DNA of 21,097 bases from Candidatus Wolframiiraptor gerlachensis (GTDB taxonomy: Archaea > Thermoproteota > Nitrososphaeria_A > Caldarchaeales > Wolframiiraptoraceae). Position numbers and translations under genes: made by a program. The stretch covers positions 1 to 21,097 of the forward strand of contig JAJPCT020000011.1 of assembly GCA_021323375.2 (NCBI GenBank), in the 5' to 3' direction. This document shows positions 7,931-17,505 of this stretch, one piece after another. The notes below the pieces were generated by a model. The model worked only from the letters and a program-made list of their open reading frames with translations, was not told the origin of the DNA and made no database searches. Each line of letters begins with the position of its first letter. The first letter of the stretch is position 1.

Positions 7931-8824
7931 ATGAGCGAGTATAGCTTGAGCTCCAGTGTTGTCAGGCTCGCGATCCCGAATAAGGGCAGGCTTAGGGAGC
8001 CCGTGATGGATCTACTTGAGAGAGCTGGGGTCAAGGTGCTTGTCAAGGACGAGAAGATCCTCTCATCGCCGACATCTAGGCCGGATATCCATGCCTTCTT
8101 CCTGAGGGCTGAGGATATCCCGACGATGGTTGAGCTCGGCGCGGCTGATGCAGGGATAACGGGGCTGGACATGATACTGGAGAGGGGCGCGGATGTAGAG
8201 GAGCTCCTAGACCTGAGGGTCGGCGCGGCCGAGGTCGTTCTCGCGGTCTCCAGCCGCTCGGGGATAAAATCTGTTAATGATCTCCCGGATGGCGCTAGGA
8301 TAGCGACCAGATACGTGAATCTCGCGAGAAAGTTTCTTGGTGAGAGGGCTCCGGGCAAGCGCTTCAGGATAATCGAGGTTGGTGGAGCCGCGGAGATAAT
8401 GCCGGCGCTCGGCATCGCGGACGCGATCGTGGATGTCAGGTCCACGGGGATGACGCTGAGAAGCCATGGCCTCGAGGCGATCGAGGTGATCCTGAGGACA
8501 TCTGCGAGGCTGATAACATGCAGGGATCTCTCGGGGGAGAAGCGGGATGCCGTCGAGAAGCTTAGGCTGATGCTCGAGGGGGTCCTGAACGCGGAGAAGA
8601 GGAAGATGGTGATGATGAATGTTCCGGATAGGTGCTTGAGGGCCGTGCTGGAGGTCATACCCTCCATGGGAGGGCCGACGATAGCCAAAGTAGAGGCGAA
8701 GGAGCCGATGTGGGAGGTCTATGCGGTCATGAGCGAGGACCAGGTCTACGATGTCGTCGTGGAGGCCAAGAAGAGGGGAGCCCGAGATATCGTGATACTG
8801 GATGTCGAGAAGATAATACCATGA
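7931..8824 (+). CDS. hisG: ATP phosphoribosyltransferase, long form
   Basis: AIPNKGRL, RAEDIP, D.GITG.D, IATRY, GAAE..P..GIADAIVD..STG.TL motifs, plus the C-terminal regulatory domain (PT+...GARDIV). Confidence 0.96.
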   Translation: MSEYSLSSSVVRLAIPNKGRLREPVMDLLERAGVKVLVKDEKILSSPTSRPDIHAFFLRAEDIPTMVELGAADAGITGLDMILERGADVEELLDLRVGAAEVVLAVSSRSGIKSVNDLPDGARIATRYVNLARKFLGERAPGKRFRIIEVGGAAEIMPALGIADAIVDVRSTGMTLRSHGLEAIEVILRTSARLITCRDLSGEKRDAVEKLRLMLEGVLNAEKRKMVMMNVPDRCLRAVLEVIPSMGGPTIAKVEAKEPMWEVYAVMSEDQVYDVVVEAKKRGARDIVILDVEKIIP

Positions 8825-8843
8825 GCATGGGGGCGCTTGGAGG

Positions 8844-9560
8844 GTGGAGGTAATCCCGTCGGTTGACATATTTCGTGGGAGCTGTGTTAAGAGGATCCGC
8901 GGGGTCGAGGGGACGGGGCTGGATCTTGGAGGCCCGGTTAGCTGGGCGCTTAGATGGGAGGGTGAGGGCGCTAGGAGGCTCCATGTCGTCGATCTTGATG
9001 GAGCCGCGGAGGGTAGGCCCGTGAACATCGAGCTGATCCGGGAGATTATTCGCAGGGTCTCGATACCTGTTCAGGTTGGCGGTGGCGTGAGGGATGTTGA
9101 GGCGGCTTCCGCCTATCTCGATGCCGGAGCGCGCTGGATAATCATCGGAACTACTGTCGTCGAGGAGCCCGAGATCTTCGATGATATCCTGAGCCATGTT
9201 GGCGCGGGAAGGGTGATCGCCGCCCTTGACTATGATGAGCATGGGAGGATTGTCGTGAGGGGCTGGAAGGCCAAGACCGGCAGGATGCTCCTCGATGAGG
9301 CTGCTAGGCTTGATCGCCTCGGGCTCGCCGCATTCCTCTGCACATATACGCCTCTTGAGGGCACGCTTGGCGGCGTGGACTCCGAGACCATGAGAAGGCT
9401 GGTCAAGCACGTCGCGACGCCCGTGATCTATGCGGGCGGGATAAGAAGCCTCGAGGACCTGCTCGCTCTCAGGGATGCCGGGGTCTATGGAGCGGTCATC
9501 GGCATGGCGCTTTATAGGGGTGAGATAAGCCTAAGAGAAGCCATAAATCTGTGTCGCTGA
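8844..9560 (+). CDS. hisA: ProFAR isomerase
   Basis: [39 protein letters not shown] motifs; GTG start with an SD-like GGAGG. Confidence 0.95.
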   Translation: MEVIPSVDIFRGSCVKRIRGVEGTGLDLGGPVSWALRWEGEGARRLHVVDLDGAAEGRPVNIELIREIIRRVSIPVQVGGGVRDVEAASAYLDAGARWIIIGTTVVEEPEIFDDILSHVGAGRVIAALDYDEHGRIVVRGWKAKTGRMLLDEAARLDRLGLAAFLCTYTPLEGTLGGVDSETMRRLVKHVATPVIYAGGIRSLEDLLALRDAGVYGAVIGMALYRGEISLREAINLCR

Positions 9561-9575
9561 TGCGGAGGTTCTGGG

Positions 9576-10337
9576 ATGCCGTTGGTCAAGAGGATAATCC
9601 CATGCCTCGACGTCCATGCTGGGAGGGTAGTCAAGGGGATACAGTTCAGGAATCTCAGGCTCGCCGGGGACCCTCCAAGGCTCGCGAGGCTATATGAGGA
9701 TCAGGGCGCGGATGAGATAGTCTTCCTCGATATAAGCGCCTCAGCCGAGAACCGCAAGATACTGCTGGACGTGGTTAGGAGAACCGCCGAGGAGATCTCG
9801 ATACCATTCTCGGTGGGCGGCGGCATAAGGACGCTACAAGATATCGAGGAGGTTTTATGCAGCGGCGCCGACAAGATCTCGATAAACACCGCAGCCGTGA
9901 AAAATCCGGAGCTGATCAGGGAGGCAGCAGACATCTTTGGAAGCCAATGCATAATCGTCGCGATAGATGCTAAGCGGAGGGATGGATGGTGGGAGGTCTA
10001 TATCTATGGTGGTAGAGAGCCGACGGGGCTCGACGCGGTTGAGTGGGCTAGGAGGGTTGAGAGCCTCGGAGCTGGCGAGATCCTCCTAACAAGCATGGAT
10101 AAGGATGGGACGAACACGGGCTATGACCTTGAGCTGACTAGGACTGTAGCCGAGGCCGTGAATATACCGGTCATCGCGAGCGGCGGCGCTGGAAACCCGG
10201 AGCACATATATCAAGCCCTAACAGTGGGCAAAGCGGATGCTGCTCTAGCAGCCTCAATATTCCACTACGGCATATACACGGTCAAGGATGTCAAGGAATA
10301 CTTGAGGGAGAGAGGTGTCCCGGTAAGGCTCGACTAG
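9576..10337 (+). CDS. hisF: Imidazole glycerol phosphate synthase, cyclase subunit
   Basis: [55 protein letters not shown]. Confidence 0.98.
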   Translation: MPLVKRIIPCLDVHAGRVVKGIQFRNLRLAGDPPRLARLYEDQGADEIVFLDISASAENRKILLDVVRRTAEEISIPFSVGGGIRTLQDIEEVLCSGADKISINTAAVKNPELIREAADIFGSQCIIVAIDAKRRDGWWEVYIYGGREPTGLDAVEWARRVESLGAGEILLTSMDKDGTNTGYDLELTRTVAEAVNIPVIASGGAGNPEHIYQALTVGKADAALAASIFHYGIYTVKDVKEYLRERGVPVRLD

Positions 10338-10345
10338 GGTGATTC

Positions 10346-10648
10346 ATGATGAGCCTTGAGATCTTGAGGGAGCTATATGAGATTGTCAGGGATCGGAAAA
10401 GCAACCCGGTTGAGGGATCATACACGTGTAAGCTCTTCGCGGAGGGGCTTGACGAGATCTTGAAGAAGGTTGGGGAGGAGGCTGTCGAGCTCGTGATCGC
10501 TGGGAAGTCCCGCGATAGGGGCCAGGTGATCTATGAGGCAGCAGACCTACTCTATCACATGATGGTCCTGCTAGTCCATGAGGGGATAGGGTTGGAGGAG
10601 GTGCTCGAGGAGCTTGAGCGGAGGAGGGGTAAGCGTCGCGATCATTAA
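10346..10648 (+). CDS. hisE: Phosphoribosyl-ATP pyrophosphohydrolase
   Basis: SYT..L, KKVGEEAVE, EAADLLYH, EL.RR. Confidence 0.96.
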   Translation: MMSLEILRELYEIVRDRKSNPVEGSYTCKLFAEGLDEILKKVGEEAVELVIAGKSRDRGQVIYEAADLLYHMMVLLVHEGIGLEEVLEELERRRGKRRDH

Positions 10649-11252
10649 CTATGGTGTTGGAAACCTCCTAAGCATCTACACGGCATTCAAGAGGGCTGGG
10701 GCATCGCCAAGGATAGTTGAGGATCTTCGGGAGGCCTATGAGCATGATGCAATAGTCTTTCCCGGCGTCGGGGCCTTCAAACCCGTGATAAGAAAGCTTC
10801 AGGAGAATCGGGATCATATATCCAAACTCCTCGAGGAGAAGCCGATCCTAGGGATATGTCTTGGAATGCAGTTACTCTATGAGCGGAGTGAGGAGGGCTG
10901 CCCTCCGGGCGAATACCTTCAGGGGCTTGGGATATTCCGTGGGGATGTCAGGAGATTTCCGGCAAATGTCAAGATACCGCAGATGGGCTGGAATACTCTC
11001 AGGATCATTAGGAGGGGGTGCCCGCTCCTCTCCGGGATACCGGATGGTGCCTACGTCTATTACGCAAACTCCTATGCGCCCGGCCTCTCCGAGGATGCCG
11101 TGGCCGTGACGGCGTATGGTGTCGAGTTTACGGCGGTGGCTCAGCGGGGCATGATCTTTGGGACCCAGTTCCACCCGGAGAAGAGCGGGAGATGGGGGCT
11201 CAGGATGATCGAGAACTTCATCAAGCTCGTGGAGGGTGAGAAGGGGAGATGA
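10614..11252 (+). CDS. hisH: Imidazole glycerol phosphate synthase, glutaminase subunit
   Basis: YG.GN..S, PGVGAF, GICLGMQ (catalytic Cys), P.MGWN, QFHPEKS. Confidence 0.96.
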   Translation: MSGGGVSVAIINYGVGNLLSIYTAFKRAGASPRIVEDLREAYEHDAIVFPGVGAFKPVIRKLQENRDHISKLLEEKPILGICLGMQLLYERSEEGCPPGEYLQGLGIFRGDVRRFPANVKIPQMGWNTLRIIRRGCPLLSGIPDGAYVYYANSYAPGLSEDAVAVTAYGVEFTAVAQRGMIFGTQFHPEKSGRWGLRMIENFIKLVEGEKGR

Positions 11253-11617
11253 GGCTGAGTAGGGATGAGGCTGAGAAGCTCGCGGACAGGCTCCTGTATA
11301 GGAATGTGAATGAGACCGTGATCGCGGTAGCCCAAGATCATGAAACCCGCGAGGTCCTCATGGTTGCATACATGAATCGGGAGGCTTTCGTGAAAACCCT
11401 CACAACCGGGTTCATGCACTACTGGAGCCTAAGCAGGAGGAGGATCTGGATGAAGGGTGAGACCTCGGGGAACATACAGGAGGTCGTGGATGCCTACATA
11501 GATTGCGACGGCGACGCGGTCTTATTCCTAGTGAGGCAGAAGGGCGTAGCCTGCCATGAGGGATACAAGTCATGCTTCCACAATAGGATAGCCTGCTCCG
11601 GGGAATGCGGGGATTAG
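11249..11617 (+). CDS. hisI: Phosphoribosyl-AMP cyclohydrolase
   Basis: QD..T.EVLM.AYMN, W.KGETSGN.Q, DCDGD, ACH.G..SCF. Confidence 0.97.
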   Translation: MRLSRDEAEKLADRLLYRNVNETVIAVAQDHETREVLMVAYMNREAFVKTLTTGFMHYWSLSRRRIWMKGETSGNIQEVVDAYIDCDGDAVLFLVRQKGVACHEGYKSCFHNRIACSGECGD

Positions 11618-11671
11618 ATGCTCTAAAAAGATTAATAAGGCCTCTTGGGGAGTATATCATGTAGTGGGATC

Positions 11672-12244
11672 ATGTCTTGGGAGAGATGGTGGAGGAGGAG
11701 ATCACCCTTCGAGAGGATTTTCGAGGAGATGGAGCGGATGATGCGCGAGCTTGATGAGATGTTCTCGAGATCATTTGAGGAGCTTGAGCGCGAGATCCCG
11801 AGAAGCCTGATCAGGGAGAAGAGGACTGATCGCGGCTATATCAGGGAGATAGGGCCGATAGTCTACGGCTACTCGATCACGATAGGCCCTGATGGCAAGC
11901 CGATAGTGAGGGAGTTTGGTAACATTAGGCCTGGCAGGGGGCCTGAGATCGTCGAGGTGAGCGAGGCTAGAGAGCCCTTGGTAGACGTCTTCGAGGAGGA
12001 GGATGTCGTGAAGGTCGTGGCCGAGGTTCCCGGGGTGGAGAAGGATGACATAAACCTGAATGCAACCGAGAGGAAGCTGGTAATCAAGGTTGATACACCT
12101 CAGAGGAAATACTATAAGGAGGTTGATCTGCCAGCCGAGGTTGATCCACAGTCCGCGAAAGCCACCTACAAGAATGGGGTCCTCGAGGTCGTCCTGAAGA
12201 AGGTTGGTAAGGGGGAGACCGGGGTAAAGATCAGGGTAGAGTGA
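11672..12244 (+). CDS. hsp20: Archaeal small heat shock protein Hsp20
   Basis: GP.VYGYSITIGPDGKP.VREFGN, REPLVDV, AEVPGV.K, A.YKNGVLEV and a C-terminal I-x-V motif. Start placed at ATG 11672; AAAAGATTAATAA promoter-like box at ~11626-11638. Confidence 0.94.
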   Translation: MSWERWWRRRSPFERIFEEMERMMRELDEMFSRSFEELEREIPRSLIREKRTDRGYIREIGPIVYGYSITIGPDGKPIVREFGNIRPGRGPEIVEVSEAREPLVDVFEEEDVVKVVAEVPGVEKDDINLNATERKLVIKVDTPQRKYYKEVDLPAEVDPQSAKATYKNGVLEVVLKKVGKGETGVKIRVE

Positions 12245-12253
12245 GAGTATACT

Positions 12254-14134
12254 TCACATGATCTCGAGCCTCGGCACGCCCAATAGATCCAGCACTATCG
12301 AGAATACTATCGTAAATGCTTTTACTATTGCGAGCCTGAAGGCGCGCTCACCACCCCCAGCCCTGATGACGGGAACCCTTTCATAGAAGGCGTTGAACTC
12401 TGACGCGAGGTTGTATGCGTAGTCCGCGATCGGCTTTATCAGCATGCTCGAGTGGAATTCGTCGAGCAGGATCGGGAGATACGCCATCCTCCTGAGCAGG
12501 ATCTTCTCCGGCTCACTGGGCTCGGCTGGGGGGCTGGTTGAGAGCTCGGAGTCCGCCTTCTCCAGTATTCTCAGGGCTCTTGCATAGGTGTATTGGAGGT
12601 ACGGGCCTGTATCGCCCTCAAGGCGCATAATCTCGTCAGTATCCACGACTATCATCTTATCAGTATCCTGCTTCACCAGTGCGTATCTAAGCGCTGCGAT
12701 CGCAATTTTCTCGCTCGTCTCCAAGACCTTTTCATCGCTCCAGTCGGGATGCCTTTCGCGAACCTCCCTCGCCGCCCTCTCCCTCAACATATCCAAGAGC
12801 TGATTCACCTTGATGTATAGCCCTCTCCTACCGCTCATATGGATAATCCTCTGGCCCGGCTCCGGGCTATAGCCAAGCCTCTCCGCATCCTTCCTGCTCA
12901 ACGCGACAACCTCATAGCCATAATGGATGTATTTCTCGGCATCCAAGCCCAGAAGCTTGAGAGCATACTTCACTATCTCCTGCGGCCTCCTCTGCCTAAC
13001 ATCAATCACATTTATCACCCTCACCGCGCCTGAGACCGGAATCCTCACATCACCCCTCTCAGAGGTTACATAGATCCTTGATCCATCAGGGTTCTCCCCG
13101 AAGGCCTCATATGAGAAGTCCCTCGATGATGCGCCGAGCTTCCACACGGCATATGCTATATCCCTAGCGATATACGTCGTCGTCCCATCACTCTTGATGA
13201 GAACCTCATCGCCCTCCTTCGAGAGAACGGGATGTCCTGAGAGGTCTAGGAGCCAGCAGCCAGCCTTCGGCCCACTATCAGCATAATAGACTGCGCCGAC
13301 GGCCCTCAGCTTCTCAAAAACCTCATCCCAGAGGCCATAAGTGAGGATATCGCTCTCCATGTTGAGCACATCATATCTCGCGCCAAGCCTCCAGCATGTC
13401 CTAAGCTGATCCCTTAAAACCCTTGAGACTATCATCCTGTTAAGCTCGAACGCCCTGCCACTCCTCGACTCTATCTCCCTCGTTATCCGCCTCCTCTTCT
13501 CGGCCAGCTCCGGGTCGGATTCAGCCCTCTTAACAGCCTCCACATAAACCACATCCCCACAATATTCATCAAAGCTCATGCCGGGCGGCGGCTCAAGATT
13601 ATACCCGAGCTCCATGAAGCCAAGGACGACATCAGCCATCTGCGTCCCACTATCATCAATATAGTTCAAGACTAGGACATCATATCCGAGGAACTTGTAG
13701 AGCCTCGCGAGCGTGTCGCCGAGGCAGACATTCCTAGCATGCCCAACATGAAGAGCCTTATTCGGATTCACGCTCGTATGCTCGATTATGATCCGCCTCC
13801 CAGCACCCACGCCGGATGAGCCATACCGCTCACCACTTGCTAAGATCTCCTCGAGTATAGCCCGCGAGTAGCTCACCCAATTCGGCCTAAAATTCACATA
13901 ACCATTAACGGCCTCGACCGAGCTAATCAGCTCAGACCCTGAGACATCTATCCTAGACGCAATCTCCTCCGCAATTATTATCGGGTTCTTCCCAAGACTT
14001 CTAGCAAGCTGGAAAGCCGCCGTAGAGGAGATCTCGCCGAAGCTAGGATCCTTATTCACCTGGATTGATGGCTCCTCTATACCCGTGGATCTGAGAAGCT
14101 TTTCCGCCTCCGCGATCAGGCGCTTGAGCCCCAT
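12254..14134 (-). CDS. argS: Arginine--tRNA ligase
   Basis: EHTSVNPNKALHVGH.RN (HIGH), MSGRRG (KMSKS-like), G.TGPYLQY.YARA..IL, FY...PV, terminal M. Confidence 0.97.
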   Translation of the reverse strand: MGLKRLIAEAEKLLRSTGIEEPSIQVNKDPSFGEISSTAAFQLARSLGKNPIIIAEEIASRIDVSGSELISSVEAVNGYVNFRPNWVSYSRAILEEILASGERYGSSGVGAGRRIIIEHTSVNPNKALHVGHARNVCLGDTLARLYKFLGYDVLVLNYIDDSGTQMADVVLGFMELGYNLEPPPGMSFDEYCGDVVYVEAVKRAESDPELAEKRRRITREIESRSGRAFELNRMIVSRVLRDQLRTCWRLGARYDVLNMESDILTYGLWDEVFEKLRAVGAVYYADSGPKAGCWLLDLSGHPVLSKEGDEVLIKSDGTTTYIARDIAYAVWKLGASSRDFSYEAFGENPDGSRIYVTSERGDVRIPVSGAVRVINVIDVRQRRPQEIVKYALKLLGLDAEKYIHYGYEVVALSRKDAERLGYSPEPGQRIIHMSGRRGLYIKVNQLLDMLRERAAREVRERHPDWSDEKVLETSEKIAIAALRYALVKQDTDKMIVVDTDEIMRLEGDTGPYLQYTYARALRILEKADSELSTSPPAEPSEPEKILLRRMAYLPILLDEFHSSMLIKPIADYAYNLASEFNAFYERVPVIRAGGGERAFRLAIVKAFTIVFSIVLDLLGVPRLEIM

Positions 14135-14228
14135 CTCCTAGACCCGGAGAAAGGCCGAGAGTCTTAAAGATTGTCCAGAAGATGGCCGCGATCATTTATT
14201 AGTTAAGCCTAGGACAGATGGTTCTAGG

Positions 14229-15380
14229 ATGCCCGCCAACCTGCCGGCTGAGGCTGAGAAGGCGCTGGCGAAGTATCAGGCGGCTAGGACTATTGAGGAG
14301 AAGATTAGGGCGCTTGAGGAGGCTCTTAGCCTGATACCTGATCATAAGGGGACTGAGAAGCTTAGGGGGAGGATTAAGCGGAGGATAGCTGAGCTTAGGA
14401 GGGAGGCTGAGCGCAAGGCATCCCTGAGAGCCGTCAGAAGGGATTATTTTCACGTTCCTAAGGAGGGTGCCGCTCAAGTGGCCTTGATCGGTGCAGCGAA
14501 CTCCGGCAAGTCAAGCCTTCTCAGGGCCTTAACGAATGCGAAGCCCCAGGTCTCGAGCTATCCGCTCACTACAACCATGCCCGTCCCAGGGATGATGATA
14601 TATGAGGATGTTGAGATCCAGCTCGTCGAGCTTCCCGCGATCCTGACTGAGGGCTTGGAGGAGACACAGTTCACGAATAGGTCGATTGGATTCTCGAAGA
14701 ACGCGGACCTGATATTGATTGTGCTCGACGGGGCGCGGGATCCGGCAAGCCAGCTCGAGAGAATACTTGAGATATATGATGAGTCCGGTGTCAGCTTTAG
14801 GCGGAAGAGGTGTGAGATCGAGATCGAGAAGAAGGATAGCGGTGGGATAAGGCTTGTCGTTTTCGGAAGTCTCAGGGCTAATGTGAGGGAGGTGGAGGAT
14901 CTGCTTAGATCTGTTGGGATAAGGAATGCCGTGGTCAGGGTTCACGGCGAGGCCAGCATCGAGGACTTCGAGGAGGTCGTGATAAGGGAGATGACTCATA
15001 AGAGAGCTCTGATAGTTGTGAATAAGATTGATCTGGCGGCTGCTGATGATCTCGAAGAGGTTAAGAGCATTGCTGGCGAGATTCCGGTGGTGGCGGTCTC
15101 GGCCGAGGGCGGCGCCGGGCTCGAAGATCTTAAGAGGCAGATCTTCAACTCGCTTGACCTGATAAGGGTCTATACGAGGAAGGCGGGCATCACCTCGGAT
15201 AAGCCGATAATCCTCCCCAGAAACTCGACGATAAGGGATCTGGCCGAGATAATTCACAGGGACTTTGCCGAGAAGATGAAGTATGCAAAGGTTTGGGGAT
15301 CATCTGTCAAGGTTCAGGGCCAGAGGGTTGGCCCGGATCATGTCCTCGAGGATGGCGATATTGTGGAGATAAAGATCTAG
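14229..15380 (+). CDS. OBG/DRG-family GTPase with C-terminal TGS domain
   Basis: P.HKGTEKL, G1 GAANSGKSS, G2 YPLTT, G4 NKID, TGS motifs (IH.DF, AKVWG.S, GQRVG..HVLEDGDIVEI). Confidence 0.93.
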   Translation: MPANLPAEAEKALAKYQAARTIEEKIRALEEALSLIPDHKGTEKLRGRIKRRIAELRREAERKASLRAVRRDYFHVPKEGAAQVALIGAANSGKSSLLRALTNAKPQVSSYPLTTTMPVPGMMIYEDVEIQLVELPAILTEGLEETQFTNRSIGFSKNADLILIVLDGARDPASQLERILEIYDESGVSFRRKRCEIEIEKKDSGGIRLVVFGSLRANVREVEDLLRSVGIRNAVVRVHGEASIEDFEEVVIREMTHKRALIVVNKIDLAAADDLEEVKSIAGEIPVVAVSAEGGAGLEDLKRQIFNSLDLIRVYTRKAGITSDKPIILPRNSTIRDLAEIIHRDFAEKMKYAKVWGSSVKVQGQRVGPDHVLEDGDIVEIKI

Positions 15381-15400
15381 GCTGGGGATGATCTGAGCAG

Positions 15401-16549
15401 TTGAGGTTCGAGTGCTTCGCGACTACGATCATGGGGCTTGAGGATGTCGCGGCGCGGGAGTGTAGGGAGATTATCGGGGTGGAGGCGAGACCCGATATCG
15501 GAAAGATATTTTTCGAGGCGGATGAGGGCGATATCATAAGGCTGAACCTCGCCTCTAGGACTATCCACAGGGTCTTCGTGCTCCTATCCCGATCCAAGGC
15601 GGAGGTTTTAGACGATGTTTACAGGGCTGCAAGAAGCGTTGATTACACGGAGTTCATCGGAGCTGATCAGGCATTCGCTGTTAAGGGCGAGAGGCACTCG
15701 AAGGACAAGCCATTCACGAGCATGGATATGGCCGCCGCCGTCGGCAGGGCTGTAATAGAGAGCTTTAGAGAGAGGACGGGCGTGAGGCTCAGGGTTAACC
15801 TAGATAATCCCGATGTCCGGCTCTACTGCCTCATCAGGGACTCGGAGCTCCTGATAGGCCTAGACACGACCGGGAAATCGCTCCATAGGAGATATTACAG
15901 GGTTTATCATCATAGAGCCGCGCTTCAGCCGAGTATAGCCGCGGGCATGTTAATGCTCTCGGGGTGGAGGAGGGAAGAGGCTCTCCTAGACCCCATGTGC
16001 GGCGGCGGGACAATACCGATAGAGGCGGCTCTAATGGCGCTCAAGATACCTCCGGGTGCACGAAGGCTCAGCGACCTAGCTCTAAACAAGCTCAAGTTCA
16101 TAGATGGGGAGAGGATAAGGGAGATCGCGGAGGAGCTTGAGGCCGAGGCTGATCTCGGATTCAGGCCTAGAATCATCGGCTCCGATGCATCGCCGAAGAG
16201 TATTAGGGGCGCGGTCGCGAATGCCGAGGCAGCAGGCGTCCTGAACGCCGTCAAGCTCGTGGTCGGAGATGTGCTGAGGCTTGGCGAGTGGCTCGATGAA
16301 AGGCCCAGTCATATCATTATGAACCCGCCTTACGGGATAAGGATGGGGGTAAGAAAGATAGAGGAGTTTTATCAGAAAGTCTGCACATCAATACGCAGTG
16401 CAGCTCCTGATGCAAGGCTGACCGCGATAGTCTCGAAGCCCGTGATCTTTGGGAGGGCTCTTGAGTCGGCTGGATATGTTATCGAGTCGAGGAGGCAGAT
16501 AATATATGGGAGGCTTAACGCCTTTATAGTTATGGCCACACCCGGGTGA
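15401..16549 (+). CDS. trm14: THUMP-domain tRNA guanine-N2 methyltransferase (Trm14-like)
   Basis: TT..GLE, THUMP region (V.LDNPD), G.DTTG.SLHRR.YR, DPMCGGGTI.IEAA, NPPYG.R. Confidence 0.8.
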   Translation: MRFECFATTIMGLEDVAARECREIIGVEARPDIGKIFFEADEGDIIRLNLASRTIHRVFVLLSRSKAEVLDDVYRAARSVDYTEFIGADQAFAVKGERHSKDKPFTSMDMAAAVGRAVIESFRERTGVRLRVNLDNPDVRLYCLIRDSELLIGLDTTGKSLHRRYYRVYHHRAALQPSIAAGMLMLSGWRREEALLDPMCGGGTIPIEAALMALKIPPGARRLSDLALNKLKFIDGERIREIAEELEAEADLGFRPRIIGSDASPKSIRGAVANAEAAGVLNAVKLVVGDVLRLGEWLDERPSHIIMNPPYGIRMGVRKIEEFYQKVCTSIRSAAPDARLTAIVSKPVIFGRALESAGYVIESRRQIIYGRLNAFIVMATPG

Positions 16550-16626
16550 GGCGCCTCTAGCAGCCACAGCCCGCATCCAATGGCCGCGGTAGGTTAATTA
16601 TTTCCCGTAACCCGCCCGGCGCCAGA

Positions 16627-17334
16627 ATGGACGCCTTCGAGGAGGATGTGAGGACCGCTCAAAGGCTTCTAGAGGAGAGGTATGGCCCAAGCATCAGGCG
16701 GAGGATCGGCGAGATCGCGGAGAGGCTGATATCGCTTCACAGGGAGAATAGAATAAAGATAAACCACTCGATAATGGAGTATGTCCTTGCAGCGCATCTC
16801 GCGAGCAAGGGCTATAGGGTTGAGCTCGAGTATCCCCTCGCCAACGACCTAGTAGCGGACGTGATGGCCTGGAGAGATGGAAAGAGCCTGATAATCGAGG
16901 TTGAGACCGGGTTCACATCGCCCGAGAATGCTCTCGACCCTCAAGCATATCTCACCGCGAGGGCTATTAGCAAGATCGCGAGATATAGCCCCCATGCCGA
17001 TAGATTCAGCCTGGCGACACCAGCCCACAACATACTCCAGATACCAAGAACCCTCCTGAAGCCGGCAAGCGCTAGGAGGCCCGCCGAGATACAGCTTCTC
17101 AAAAGCCTCTGCGACCAATACTATAGGACGCCCGAGATCGCAGTCGAGAAGCTCTCGAAGATGAGGCTACACGCGATCTACGTGATAAACGTCGACCTCT
17201 TAGAGGTTGTTAGGCTTAGCCCGAGAAAGTACCTAGAGAAATATGGCGACCTCTGCCCAAGCCTTCAACAGATAAGAAAATATGTTGAGGCTGGCCCTCG
17301 GAGGCGCGTGGCTTGTGAGCATCCCACCGCGTGA
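16627..17334 (+). CDS. Hypothetical protein with a PD-(D/E)XK restriction-endonuclease-like motif
   Basis: H...E helix, G(Y)RVELEY, ADV, IIEVETG pattern (E...D...E-x-E). A TATA-like TTAATTATT lies ~30 nt upstream. The fold call rests on motif pattern only. Confidence 0.6.
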   Translation: MDAFEEDVRTAQRLLEERYGPSIRRRIGEIAERLISLHRENRIKINHSIMEYVLAAHLASKGYRVELEYPLANDLVADVMAWRDGKSLIIEVETGFTSPENALDPQAYLTARAISKIARYSPHADRFSLATPAHNILQIPRTLLKPASARRPAEIQLLKSLCDQYYRTPEIAVEKLSKMRLHAIYVINVDLLEVVRLSPRKYLEKYGDLCPSLQQIRKYVEAGPRRRVACEHPTA

Positions 17335-17505
17335 GCTTTTCCCCGAGGTGGGACGCCCCTTCAGCCACACCGCACACGTAGCCTTCGGGGGCCGCTTACG
17401 CGGCGCTCACGGGCCGGCATGCGGTGCTCCATGAGGACGGCTTTCCGGGGCACCCCCCGGCAGCCCTCCTCTATGGGCGCGCGCTCCTGTTCCGGCCAGC
17501 CTCGC
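17287..17505 (-). ncRNA. Candidate structured ncRNA of unknown family (~220 nt, four-way junction with loop-loop pseudoknots)
   Basis: Perfect 10-bp terminal inverted repeat (17287-17296/17494-17503) and three internal arms. G-U pairs and a GUAA tetraloop favour the minus strand. BRE/TATA-like CGAAAGCCTTATT at 17540-17528. Confidence 0.72.

Noticed and set aside
9330-9385. HisA loop-6 variant (TYTPLEG instead of TDIxRDG)
   Set aside because: Glu at this position is, to my knowledge, common in archaeal HisA, and the other catalytic Asp residues are intact.
7921-9410. Long antisense ORFs 7921-8688, 8207-9028 and 8727-9410
   Set aside because: They are shadows of hisG/hisA with no recognisable motifs, as expected in GC-rich coding DNA.
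14529-15257. 242-aa minus-strand ORF
   Set aside because: It lies antisense within the GTPase gene, and its His/Leu/Pro-rich composition is typical of a shadow frame.
17287-17505. Calling the structured RNA RNase P RNA or SRP (7S) RNA
   Set aside because: Neither strand shows the GAGGAANNUCC / ACANAANNNGNNUA P4 motifs or the SRP helix-8 CAGG..GGAA..AGCA motif; a highly divergent form cannot be excluded without covariance models.
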